Positions 39,973-53,400 of a stretch of DNA of 64,000 nt are shown here, piece by piece. Position numbers and translations under genes: made by a program. This DNA is from Mytilus californianus (Eukaryota), in contig NW_026262668.1 of the NCBI RefSeq assembly GCF_021869535.1, forward strand, positions 10,726,001 through 10,790,000. Direction: 5' to 3'. Below the pieces are notes generated by a model. It made no database searches and was not told the DNA's origin. It saw only the letters and a program-made list of their open reading frames with translations. The first letter of the stretch is position 1. Each line of letters begins with the position of its first letter.

Positions 39973-40531
39973 GAAATTGTTAATAAAGGTGGGACTGCAG
40001 ATGCAATAGTCGTATCTTTGGTAGATTGAGGATAGAAGATGTAATGTTCTCGCACAATGCTTAACGCGTCCATCTCACTAAAAAATGGACGCCAAGTGAC
40101 AGCAACTTCAATTTCGAAAACAGAATTATGACGGACAGACGACGAATACCAAGATGAGTGCTCTAAATCCAGTGAAATACATGCATTCACATGAAAACAT
40201 GAAGCCTTATCACTTTTACTGCAGAAAATAGTGTGACAGAATTATTTATTTTTTCAAAGTCAATAAAAGGCATTAAATGTCTGTTTTCTGTCAACTTTCA
40301 CAAAATACAAAAGCGTTAGAATACAAATACACTCATTTTCTCCTGAAATAAAAAAAAAAACCCAAAAAACAAAAAACTGAAAAAAATAAATTTCGCCTAC
40401 ATTGTCCATTAACTGACATGATACTGTCCTTAATCGAAATTAAAGTTACAATTTGAAAAACTGACAGCGCCTCCGTGCATAGTTGTTACATCATTCAAAC
40501 AGTGCTTGGGTGAATACGGACAATCAACCCC

Positions 40532-42503
40532 ATGTCGGAAAAAGCGAAGATCGAGTATGACGAACGTTTCGTTCCTCCAGTTACAGAGAAGGAAATCGAA
40601 GAACTCGTTTCTGCTCAAACAAATGCTAACACAAAGAAAAATACTAGGTGGTCAGTTGGAGTATTTAACGAGTGGAGATCAGCAAGAGCTAAACACGACG
40701 ACAAAAATTCCGGATTTGCATCTCATGGATGCAGAGAGTATGGATTTCTGGCTTCAGCGGTTTATTTTGGATGCTAAAAAGAAGAAGGGAGGCGATTACC
40801 CACCCAAATCTCTATATTATATCGTTTGTGGTCTACTCAGACACCTCAGAGACATGAATGTTAACGACAGAAACTTTCTGGATGAGAAGGATGGTCGCTT
40901 TGCTCCGTTTAGACGTGTATTGGATGCTAAGATGAAAGATTTGCTGTCCAAGGGACTAGGAACGAAAACGCGCAGAGCCGATCCAATATCACTAGAGGAT
41001 GAAGAACTGGTGTTTTTGGAAAGAGTAGTGCTACAACTTTACAATCCACCGTTTTCTTTCATAACTGCAAGTTATTTGGATTAAGAGGCCGCGACGAGCA
41101 CAGAAATCTTGATTGTGATCAGTTTGATATTGGTATTGATTCTACAGGAAAGTTTATTAGATTCTTCGGGAGAAATAACAAGACATTTAAAGGTGGCCTC
41201 GGACACATGCAATTAGCGAATAAAGATATAAAGCACTATTCACAGGGCGGTAAGTTGTTTAATTTACATATATTGACCAATTCAAACACGAAAGATTATT
41301 TGACTAAATTATTCTACGCGTGTACCCGTTTTATATACTTTTGTCAATTTGAATTTCATTGTGAAAAGAAATATTGTTTTTATATTATTTTATTCAACCC
41401 CGCACTCCGGCTTCATCCACCAACAAAAAAAAAATTGACCTCCACGATATGGCCAATAGTACTGAAAGTGGCATTAAAGACCAACAATCAATCAATCATT
41501 TTCAAATCAAAAGCTCATATACGAAATTGTAATATACACGATAAGTTTTTTTGAATATACATGCACTGCTATAATTTGATTATTTGAATAAATTATTCTA
41601 CGGATGTACTCGTTTTATATACTTTTTAATATTATTTTATTCAACCCGGGCACTCCTGCTTCATTTCCCAAAAAAATCAGACCACCACTATATAGCCAGT
41701 AATGCTGAATTGGCGTTAAACAGCAACAACTAATCAATCATTTTTTAAAAAAAAGGTAAAATCAAAGAGAGTAAGCTTTACATACCATTGCACGATATAG
41801 CCAATTGTGCTGAAAGTGGCGTTAAACAGCAACAGTCAATCAATCATTTTCAAACCAAAAGCTCATATACGAAATTATAATATACACGATAAGTTTTGCA
41901 GAATATAACTGCAACTGTCATAATTTTCTTTAAATAGAAGCAAGCGGAAAAAACTCTTTCAATTTGTTTTAATTTGTAGGTCCAAGATGCATAATTGCTT
42001 ACTATGAAGAGTACTTGAAAGCTGTGGGCTCCGGAACATTTTATCGACAACCGCTCAACATGGATGGGAAAGATCGTTTTCGTTATGGAAAATCAGCACT
42101 TGGAGAAAATAAATTACACGGACTAATGCGCGAGCTATGTCAATAAGGTGGACTTTTAGGGAACTGAACGAATCATTCCTGAAAACTCACTTGTGCAACC
42201 GCCCTATACCATATAGGTATTGATGAACAAGAAATCATGACAAGAACTGGTCACCGCTCCATGGCATCAGTGAGAGCTTACAAAACTAGCAATGGGAGCA
42301 TTCAAAAGAATGTGTCAAAAATCTTGAACCCACCCGTTCTTTCGAGCGAAGATGAAAACACGACCGTTTCCAACACAGTAGATGAATTGCGTACAGATAA
42401 TGGTTACAAAATGAAAAATGTCAAGAAGCACTGTTTGAATGATGTAACAACTATGCACTCAGGCGCTGTCAGTTTTTCAAGTTGTAACTTTAATTTCAAT
42501 TAA
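40532..42503 (+). pseudogene. Crypton-type tyrosine recombinase (DUF3504/ZMYM-KCTD1-like), two exons, inactivated
   Basis: N-term ERF..TEKEIEELV..TNANTKKNTRWSVGVFNEWR; DYPPKSL; FGLRGRDEHR (catalytic Arg); NKTFKGG; intron 41250-41979 (g|gtaagt...ttgtag|gt); TNHS*K, RTGHRS, VRAY (catalytic Tyr). At least two frameshifts and three stops. Confidence 0.8.
41270..41900 (+). repeat. Tandem ~250-bp units ending in SINE-like 3' tails inside the YR intron
   Basis: acgatat(g/a)gccaat...ctgaaagtggc(a/g)ttaaa...caatcaatca at ~41445, ~41687, ~41792. Confidence 0.6.
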
Positions 42504-43633
42504 GGATAGTATCATGTCGGTTTATTGACAATGTAGGCGATATTTATTTTTTTCAGTTTTTTGGGTTTTTTTTTATTTCAGGATAAAAGGAGTGTATTTG
42601 TATTTTAACGCTTTTTTATTTTGTGAAAGTTGACAGAAAACAGACATTTAATGCCTTTTATTGACTTTGAAAAAATAAATAATTCTGTCACACTATTTTC
42701 TGCAGTAAAAGTGATAAGGCTTCATGTTTTCATGTGAACGCATGTATTTCACTGGATTTAAAGCACTCATCTTGGTATTCGTCGTCTGTCCGTCATAATT
42801 CTGTTTTCAAAATTGAGATTGCTGTCACTTGGCGTCCATTTTTTAGTGAGATGGACGCGTTAAGCATTGTGCGAGAGCATTACATCTTCTATCCTCAATC
42901 TACCAAAGATACGACTATTGCATCTGCAGTCCCTACTTTATTTACAATTTCTTGGACCCCTCCTCCCCCCTAACATGTATTTCACTTTGCTTGGTTTCCG
43001 TCGTCTGTCCGTCATAATTTTGTTTTCAAAACTGATATTGCTATCACTAAGAGTCCATTTTCAGTACAAAGCCGAGTTGAGCATTGTAAGAGAACAAATT
43101 ACATCTTAAGTCTACCAAAGATACGACTATTGCATTTGCAGTCCGTACAAAATATGATACTTGAAATAGAGTGTCAAAGTGTTACAATATTTAAGACACC
43201 ACCCCCCGGTCGGTGGTCGACGTTAGAAACGTGATTTTGCTTATTCACCTTAAGTATATAAAAATAAGAAGATGTGGTATGATTGCCAATGAGACAACTA
43301 TCCACCAAAGTTCAAATGAAGTGGATGTTTATTCCAAAGCCTCCCCCGCCCAAACAACTAAGAAAACCAGAAGGGAACAACGGGAAGTCCAATGAGGTGG
43401 AGCCTCATATGAAAGCAGAGTGGCAGGAGCTTGGACCAGTGCATTAAATTCGATCTAAGAATTAGTTATTTCACTGGTCTGAGCTCCTCCCAATCTATGC
43501 CTTTCCTATGACAAGCGGTCAACGGCGGGATAGGAGAGTGCAATAACTAAAGAAAAAACGTCCTGTTAATGTACTCCTGTATTAATAACTTATTTAACTC
43601 GCGCGAAGATCAAAGGAAAAAATACCATTCATG

Positions 43634-46600
43634 TTAAAAGTTCTGATAGAGCCCATTCTTCAAGTTTTCCAGGTATGATTTTATTTTCTGGAGGTGCCTT
43701 TCACTTGTATGCTTATGTCTACTGCATGAGAGTATGAAGTGTTCTAGATCTTCATCTGCTGTATAACACAATATACATATTAGGGATATATTCTTATTGT
43801 GTCTAGACCTAACTGTCTGTAGCATATATGTTTGTGTTACTGGTCTGCTCTTTATTTCTCCTGTTTTCACATTAGTTGGGTTGCTTCCTGTGCACTGCCA
43901 GATATTAAGCGGCATAAAGGATGGGTTTTCCTGTATTTGAAGATATGCCAATGTCTTTTTATTAGACTGGTCTTCTAAACATATATACTTCATGCCAGTA
44001 TTTATTTTGATGATATCTAACTATCCTTTTCCATTTTTCCTTTGATTTTGGGTGTTCCATGAGATTATCAACAGGTTCCATCCTGTACTTGGTAAGAGCT
44101 TCCTGTAAATCTATTTACAAAAATTTAGCTTTTTTCATTTTTCATTGCAAGCTGACGTTCTAGGATTTGAAACTCTAATGAGTTGTTGTTTCTTATTATG
44201 TTCATCAACACAGATAGCATATTTCGGTCTATCATCATAGGGATCGGTACTGCCCAAATTAATGTATAGACTGCTGTGTTGGCTATCTGATTTGGAAGGC
44301 CCTGCAGCTGCCTTAATATTTTCCTTTGCATGGTTTCCATTTGGTTCATTTTTTGTTCTTAATGGGCATGACCTCCAGCCCATATGTCATTTTTGGAACA
44401 GAATATACCTTCCAAAGATTGTGGGATACAAGAGGAGAAAAACCTTTCCTTATATCCAGCTCCTAACATGCCACAGATAGTGGCCCTTCCTACTTTCAGT
44501 TTTTCATCAATATCAATTGTATTCTTTTCATTTCTGGGTTTACAGGATGTTTTGCAGTTGTACTTCTACCTATTTGAGAGCTGCCAATGTTAACTACTCT
44601 GTCCTGATTGGTATTATAGCATACAAGGTCCGATTTCTGTGGGTTGATCTTGACTAGTTCTCTCTGTGTATGGTTGTATACAATGTCCATAATGCCCTGC
44701 AGTTCACTTTCAGAGTTTGCTATTACTAATATGTCATCTGCACATGTTGGTGTAGCAATGTATATTGTCCCCATATGGCTTTCTAATCCACTTTCTGTCA
44801 CACTATCTAGAATGGCATTATTATAGCATTTGTACAAGGCGGCTGAAAGTTTTGCTCCTTGCTGAATTCCTCGGTTGACAGGTATTTTGTCAGAAACAAG
44901 ATCGTCCCATTTAATTCTCATGCTCATTTCTCTATACATATTACGGAGTAGAATCTACATGTCACCGTCAATGCCATAATATAGACCTTGTTGAAGAAAA
45001 TTTCATGCTCCAGTTTATCAAAAGCCTTTTCTGCATCCAAAGTTAGTAGCAGGATTTCCTGGTCATCTTCACAAGATTGTATTATAACTTCCGATGCCAG
45101 GAATATAGCAAATATCATGGGTATGGCTGCAGTAAATCCTCGTTGTAGTTGGGTTCGGATTTGATGGATCTTTATATCTATTCTGAATTTTAATACACTC
45201 TGTAGGATTTTAGTGAGGATTTTGGTCACTGTGATTCCTCTATAGTTTGCCGGGTTTTGACGGTCCTTATTTTTCTTCAATACTGGTGTCATTGTTCCTC
45301 CTTTCAGCATCTGTGGGATGTCAAGTTGTTCTATTACTGTATTGAGGATATGCAATATGAGTGGTAGAAGCTCGGCCTCAGCGTGTTTGTAGTGTTCGGC
45401 TGATATTCCAGCGATATCTGGGATTTTCAGTTTTTCAGTTTTTTTACAGCATCATGTATTTCCTCCTCTTTTATTGGTTCAATTTTAACTTTCCCCATTT
45501 CTATCTTTTCGATTATGGTATTTTGCAAGGATGAGAGCTCATATATTTTGTAATCAAAATCCTGCTTATAGTCTCGATTCGGTAGCTCGTGGAAATAACT
45601 TGTCCACATTTGAAGAATGTCCTCGTTTGTTTCAGCAATTTGGTTACCCTTTTGTAGAGTCTTGGTAAATCGGTTACCATCTGACCTTTGTGTTCTTAGT
45701 ATTTTGTGAAAAGGTTTATTGTCCGAAGAAGATGCTATCATTATCTGGTTTGCCAATTTTTCTCTTTACGAGGCATATGCTTGTCTATGAGCCTTTTGGA
45801 TGTTATTAGCTGTGATTTTAACGGATTATTTTTGTCTTTTGATGCTTCTCCATTTTTTCCATAAGGCATGCTTTTCTTTAATAATTTTTGATGCTTCTGA
45901 TATTTTCTTATTCCAAAGGGATTTCCCAGTGCTTTTGGTTCTTATTGATTTGTCGTAGTTCGGTATAGCCTCATTGCATGCATTATACATTATGTTTCCT
46001 ATAGATGTAATGTCCTCCTCTAAATTTTTGTTTCTAGCTTGAAGTATTATTTCCACTCCATCAGATATGGTCAGTTGATATTTTTGTAGATTTAATTTTT
46101 TCTATTTTGTTCTTACAATGACTGATTTTGGTTTGTTGGATTTCCTAATTAGTTTTCTCTTGATTGTAGCTATGACAGGTACATGGTCAGATGTGTTTTC
46201 TGGTTCCATATCTAAGATCTGTACATATTGTGTTAGTTCTTTACTTCCTGAGAAAAAAATAATGAAGATGTCCCGTTATGATGCAAAAAGGTTTCTTTCT
46301 CTGGGTAATCTCGGTTTAGTTCCAATGAGTTTTCTGCCAAGAATGTCTTTAATAGAGGATCATGAGATGTTTTTGATCGATGAATAGACCCATTCAAGTC
46401 TCCAGATAGCATTATATGATGAGTGTTTCTGTATTTTTTATTATTTTTGTCATTTGTGCCAGAGTATCTTTGTACTCATTTTCCATATCTTTGTTTTCAG
46501 ATGGCATGTATACATTAATGAGACATACTGGTGTGTTGTCAGTTTCCATCAACACTGCTCGGTAAGCGGTAACATACAAACGAAAAACTGTCGAAATGTG

Positions 46601-46850
46601 CAATTTCTTTCTGTTATAAGATAGCCATTGTATGTATCCGTCCAATCCTTCGCCTTGTCTTGTCTAATCCCTTTCCAATTTACGTTTCAACTCAATTCCT
46701 AACAGATTTTTTGTGTTTCTTTCAAATCTATAGCGCTTCCATAGCTGATCATTGCTAAACTTTCCCTTTCCAAGTCTTAAACGTCTGATTTTTCGAGCAT
46801 AAACCAATTTTTGCATTGCTACAGCAGCCATGTTGGATGTTTTAATCATA
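43634..46850 (-). mobile_element. Near full-length dead LINE (APE endonuclease - RT - CCHC knuckle); clade unresolved
   Basis: APE-like CLINVYMP (46645-46412), RT motifs as in the left copy, C-terminal CILC...EDLEHFILSC; many frameshifts and stops. Confidence 0.88.
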
Positions 46851-47480
46851 TGAATAGAATTTAATACACCTTCATGTGGTGAATTAAATTTAACGACAGT
46901 TTAGCATTTTTAACACCGCTTTAAAATTAACAAGATGAACAACACATGTACACTAGTCATATGATTATTTTTAATCGAATGATTAAGAAATTTTAACGAC
47001 TCGTTAGCACTAACGACAAGTTGAACAACAGACCACAGGCTTTTAATTGTGTTAGCCTGACTGGCGTTTCGTTTACAACAGCTGACTCATCAGTGACATT
47101 CGAATCAAAAAAGCTAAAAACAAACAAACGTGTATATATAGTATTATGTACATCTCTATTGAGAGGCCCTGAATATTGTAATTGCGTGTACTCATTGTTA
47201 TCGATAAACAGTGACACGCATGTTAAAGGGTAAAGGTTCGGTAATAGTGAAAACGAGTTACAAGGTGCCCATACATGTATCTAAGTAGTTATAAACCTCA
47301 TTCTAAAACCTCGTCATACTGAATAAGTGTGCGTACTGAAAAATAAGTAAATACGCATTGCATATCCATTATTTATTCTTATTTGTTGTTTGAAAACTTA
47401 GACACAACGGTTCTTACTAAAATTCAACAGATTTGTACCGATGAAATACACTCATCAACTTATTATTTCCTTTTAGAATT

Positions 47481-50400
47481 ATGACACTTATTACAATGGA
47501 AGAGTCAAACTACATAAAGATTGCATTGCTATTACTGAGAATATCACCACGAGCTGTCAGAATACGGTTTGACTATGAAATCCATCCTGATTGCTTAAAT
47601 AAAACATTAAATTCAAATATTCGCAAATTGACCTACCTACAAAGTAAAAGGCACATCAACCAAGAACAATGGAATTTACTTTTTCCAGGAACAGGTTGGT
47701 CAATAATTATTCTATGTTGTTTCTTTGATATATACAGAAGCCAAAATATGGCTGTTTTTCAATAATTGGTAGCGGTTTATCAAACATACATAAAGACGAC
47801 AGAAGTTTACCGATGTTCAAATCTCATAAATCGATTAGAAATAGGCAAATCAAGGTAACAAACAAAAACTGAGGAAACCGCATGAACTCAAAAAAAGAGC
47901 GCGCCCTAGTGCGTCGATAGGGTAATCGTCTCCTGCTACGCATCACTCGCCATGTGAATTCACACTCAGTCAAAATGTTACAATCGGGAACAGGACACAT
48001 TGATACAGATCAGACGACTTGTACTTGTATCTAAAATCTGAGATCGCGGAAATATATCAATAGTGAGTTTGACAACGACACATTGTATTGGTCAACCAGT
48101 TCGTGATGTTGACCATAAAACTAATGTAGGGTCGATTTCCGTCGTGATTTCGCCATAATGGCGTCCCGAAAAATGCAACCATGCCCGAATACGTCCCACA
48201 GAAAGAATGCAATCTATTTGCAAATTGTTTACTTTGTTATTCTTTCAGGAGAAGTATCATCAAAACATTTTGACAGTACGTTAATGATTTGTCTCATAAG
48301 GAATCTAACGCCAATTCAAATTAGTGACATACTTCCGATATCAACTAATATTAGTGTAGGAGCTGATCTGTCCAGAATTAAATTTTATAGAAATAAGATA
48401 GCACACTCTGAAGATGGATTTATTAGTAGCATAGATTTTCAAGATTATTGGAATGATATTAAAATGGTGAGTTTAAATATTCATTTAAAAATTTAGAGAA
48501 CACATCCAGACTTTTGGTTCAATCGAACAAAAAGGTCAATTTCATTGAAATAACTAAAGGCTGTTGGAGGTTTAACTAGCTATAAAACAAGATTTAACAC
48601 ATCATTTTCTTCGGAAAATGACTTTGCCAAGTCAGACATATGATGATTGTTTTCCATTAGTTCCGTTGGTTGGTCTCACGTTTGATTTTGTCAGTTTTTA
48701 TGGACTTCCCGATTTTGATTTTACCTTGGAGTTTAGTATTTTAGTCATACTTTTTTATTATATTCATCATTGACAATCATTTTAGCCACAAAGTAAAGAC
48801 AGACAGCTGTTTCTATCAGATATGACGATTAGTCTTATTTACAGAAAAAAACACATTTAGAATGTTTATCGGTTTTTATGTATTTGGAATCATGGCGCCT
48901 ATTTCTTGCATTAGGTGATACAGTTATGAATTTACTTGAAATTTGATTAAGTCAGAAACCTCTATTAACGAAAACACATTGGATTGTATTATGCACTGTT
49001 TTAACACGAGAAATTAATGAAGTTGTCTAACAATCCTACAAAGTCTTCTGTTGATTTTATTTGATAAAAACGACCCTTTATATCATGATGATTATAGCCT
49101 TGTTTCGCTAAAATGTAATTTCCACAAAAAAAAAAAAAAAAATTACTATGCTTATTTTCATCAAAGTTCTCAATTCCAATATAATGCTTATTACCATTCT
49201 AGGCACTACTCAGACTCGGTGGTGTTTCTATGGAGACAGAATGCGATACTTTGTATGCGAAAGAGTTTGATACTTCACAAAGAGAAGATCATCTCAGTTT
49301 TATAAAAACTCAAAACAAGTTAATAAAACTGGAGGAAGAATTGGTGAAAGTTACTGAGAGAGTTGAAATGCTAGAATTAAAACTGAATGATCCGATACCA
49401 AAGAATTTGAAAGGTAGAATTTGCGAAAGAAATATGATAAATTAAAAAAAATACGAATTGATATATAGTTGGAAAACTTTTTGATATGAAATTCAGTATT
49501 TTAAAAAAGTTAAATAGTATTAATTGCAGAATGTGAAAACATATCGAAATTTAGACATCACAATGGCAAAGAAATCAAAGACGAAAAGTTAACAATTTCA
49601 CAAAAGAGTAAAATAATTGCGATTTTATTTTCTATTTTCATTGTCCCATGATGAATACCTCATGATACAATAAAGCATTTTTATAAGTTTTATGTCATTT
49701 AAATTTTCTAAAAGAGAACTGAATGTATTTGTTACAGTACAAATTGAATTCCAATGTATAATAGTAAAATATTGAAGTTCTGATTCATACTAATTTTAAT
49801 CCAGTACAAATCTACAGACCTAGTAGAAGTTGGGATATCCTGATTTAAACTAGAAAGATGCGAGAATGACCCAGGTTAGGAAGACTTTTGGGCACCTGCA
49901 AACATGTTTTACCATAACACTTTCTGAATGTGCCTGTCCCAAGTCAGGAGCCTATTATTCAGTGGTTATTGTTTGTAGCTGTATATCATATTTGTTTGTG
50001 GTTTTGTACATAAATCAGGCCGTAAGTTTTCTCGTTTTGGATTGTTTTACATTTTGTCATGTCGGGCCTTTTATAGCTTGATATGCGGTGTGGGTAGTAT
50101 ATTTCTCAAAACTTTATCAAGTTATATATCCTCAATTAAAGACGGTTTAAAACTTGAATAGTGACAGATTTTGACAAATTCTGAGTTATGATTTAAAAAA
50201 ATTAATGTATAAAATGGACGTTCTTAACCAAAACCCCCAAAAAATGTTATTCGAAATATTTCTATATATTGTCTTTCAGATAAAACAATATTAGGTTAAT
50301 GATTTCTTTTGATGCAACCTTCGACGAGACGAGTATAATTTTCAATATTGATAGTGCTCATTTTGTTTTGAACACTTTTTGAAAAGTAAATGTTTTCCTA

Positions 50401-53400
50401 TTTATCAGGTGCACAAGTAAAAACAATAAAGTAAAAATTCAGTACAATTCAGAATCATACTAGTTATAGTTTTACGTAATATCCTGGATCCTACTAGAAA
50501 TTTGGTGTAATTCAGAATCTTACTAAATAAAATCACCTTCAAAATCAGAACTCCAATGTAAACTAGTAGATATTGGAATTACAATTTGTACTAGAAGGAT
50601 TATGGAGCCTATTGAGTTCCAGGTTGTACTGTAACATATACAACATTCCAAACTTCATTTTTAAATGTATATACGGAAAATAGTTTTGTTCTCTCCGGTA
50701 AACCAGAATAAAATCGAAATTTAAAATTGTTTAAGATATCTTTCAGATCAAGCACTTAAGGGAAATATTTATGCCAATTAATAATATACCCACTGACCCA
50801 GGTGTTTTCCTGAGACATCTTCATAAAATAGTACAAAACGTGTTAATTTTCAGAAATGCCAGTTTTGTTAGTAACATCAGGACATTCGTTTCTTCTCTTG
50901 AAAATTAAATACTGACACAGTTCGGAAGATGCCTGTACCAATTCAGAAATGACAATTGTTTTTCTTTCGTTCCATTGTTTGATGAAGTTCAACGTTCGAT
51001 TTTTTCAGTTTTAATGGACTTCCCCTTTTTGAATTTACCTTGGAGTTCGGTATTTTTGTGATACTTTTTAATAAATAAGTGTATAATCATTGTCTATTTT
51101 TAAACCACATATTTAAAAACAATGTTTTTTAAGTAATTGTACTTCTAAATATATTTTTACAAAACCGGGAAAAAGAGAACATGCAGAAAATAAATGACAT
51201 ATATGAATGACTGCATCGTAGGTACCTAGTGGAATGCTCAGGTTCAAGGTGCTTATCTAACCACCGTAAATAATTCTTATTTTATAAATTGCAGATTTGT
51301 TTGCAAAGGAGATTAAACTTTGGAAAAAAGAAATGATGACGTTCTATATTACTACTGGAGCAACAAAAGTGCTTAAAAAAATAGAGAATGACTCATTTAT
51401 AGTAATAACAGGGAATTCTGGGATGGGCAAATCTGCTATTTCTCATTATATAGCATTAACTTTAGAGATGAATAATGGCTATCAAATTACACCTTTGACG
51501 GATGCATGCGATATCGTCAAGTACTATAATCCGCCACATAATCAAATTTTTATAATAGATGATATATTCGGAAGATATTCTGTAGAAAAAAGTATATTAA
51601 ATTCTTTGGAAAGATTAAACACTAAAATCCGTTGCATTAGGACTGAAAACAGTACATTTCGCATACTTGCTACTTGCAGGTTACTGATTTCAAATACACC
51701 AATTTTTAAGAAGTTTTCACAAATGTTTCAAACAGTAGAATGCAGCTTACTGTCTAAAGAATTTGAAGCAACTGTGGCAGAAAAAAGGAAAATTGCAGCT
51801 TGCTACATTGATCAGAAAACAATAACCCGTATTAGTGACGATATGGTCAGAGGTATAGATATGTTTCCACTACTTTGCGTGATTCATAGAAACAGAAAAC
51901 AGAAAACTAAAATACTCTTATTTCAAAATCCGTATGACGAATTTGAAAAAGAGCTAGACGAGATGTATGACAATAATAAAAGCTGTATATTAGGTCTGGC
52001 ATTGCTTGTAATTCACAATAATAACCTACGAAAAGATTTGTTTTACGACAACATTCAATTTAGAGAGGCGTTTGATGCCATTGTTAATTATTTTAATTTA
52101 CCTTCTCGCCCCACGCTGCAGTATGTCTTATCGTGTCTACAGACTCTAAAAGAAATTTACATCAGTGAGAAAGCGAATACGATAACAACTTTACATGACA
52201 AAATATTTGACATCATAGCTCTGTACTTCGGGAAAAAGATTCCTAAAGTTATTTTGCAACATGCAAACGGCAATTTTATTCGAGACAGAATTCAATTTGC
52301 ATCCTTAAACAAAGAACATGATGAATTTACTATACTGATCCCTCCAGAATTAGAATGTGTATACTTTGTTCGCATGGGTATGGAAATTGAAAGAAAGTCG
52401 TTTGTCAATGTGTTTAACACGCAACAGATGAAACATGAATTGTTTCAAGAAAAAATTATAAAGTTTTTAAACAAAAACGAAAAATACATTCTGGCTATAG
52501 TACACAATCAATGGCCTTTATATCTGTCTACATTGAACGGATACAAGGAAATAGTAAAATTCATAATCAATAAAAGAAACTTGAATAACGCACAAAGTAG
52601 ACCAAGTACTGATTCACCGATGGCTAGTCATGTTGAAACTATTGATCATCAAGATGGAAATAATGAATGGTTGGTGGATACCCAAATCTTTTTAAGACAC
52701 CGACATGCACCACTACTTGTGGCATGTAAAGAAGGACGAGTAGAAATTGTTGAACTCCTTTTGACCTGTGATTATGATATTAACATTCGTGGACATGACC
52801 TAGATCCTCCATTAGTTGTAGCTTGTAAAGAAGGTCACACAGACATTATAAGTGTTTTACTAAAACATAAATGTTGTGCTAATGTCCGAGATGAATTTGG
52901 ACGTACTACCTTGCATACTGCTTGCGGAAAAGGTTATATAGACATTGTTCATCTTCTGTTATTGTACAAGTGTAATATAAACCAGACCGATAGACACAAA
53001 AGAACACCTGTATTCATAGCCTCTGAGAACGATCAACATGATATCGTAAAAGTATTACTTGAATTTAAATCAGATGTAAACTTATCGAATTCAACTGGCA
53101 AAAATGCTCTACATGTAGCCTGTCAAAGGAGAAATATGACTACTATTAAATATTTGCTCGCTACGAAAAGATGTAATATTAACCAGTTAGACAAGAAAAA
53201 AGAGACACCCTTATTTTCTGCATGTAAAGAAGGGCATAATGATGTTGTTGAATTATTGATAAGTAATAATGCTGACGTAAACATACGTAATATATTTGGC
53301 GAAACTGTACTGCATATTGCTTGTAGAAAGAGGAATTATAATACAGTTAAGACCTTACTTAAAAGTAATATTGATATTAATCAAACAGATTCAAAGAAAA

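Larger units (their letters stand above)
38138..45585. repeat. Large inverted duplication: left arm 38138-40507, right arm 42426-45585, 1.9 kb spacer
   Basis: 39973-40507 is the reverse complement of ~42426-42952; 38138-39972 is the reverse complement of ~43750-45585; ~95% identical by eye. The left arm lacks ~42952-43750, with an aaga/acga microhomology at the join. Confidence 0.88.

Noticed and set aside
47240-47265. ISRE-like gaaaacgagtt upstream of the STAND gene
   Set aside because: Only a partial GAAANNGAAA match; expected by chance in AT-rich DNA.
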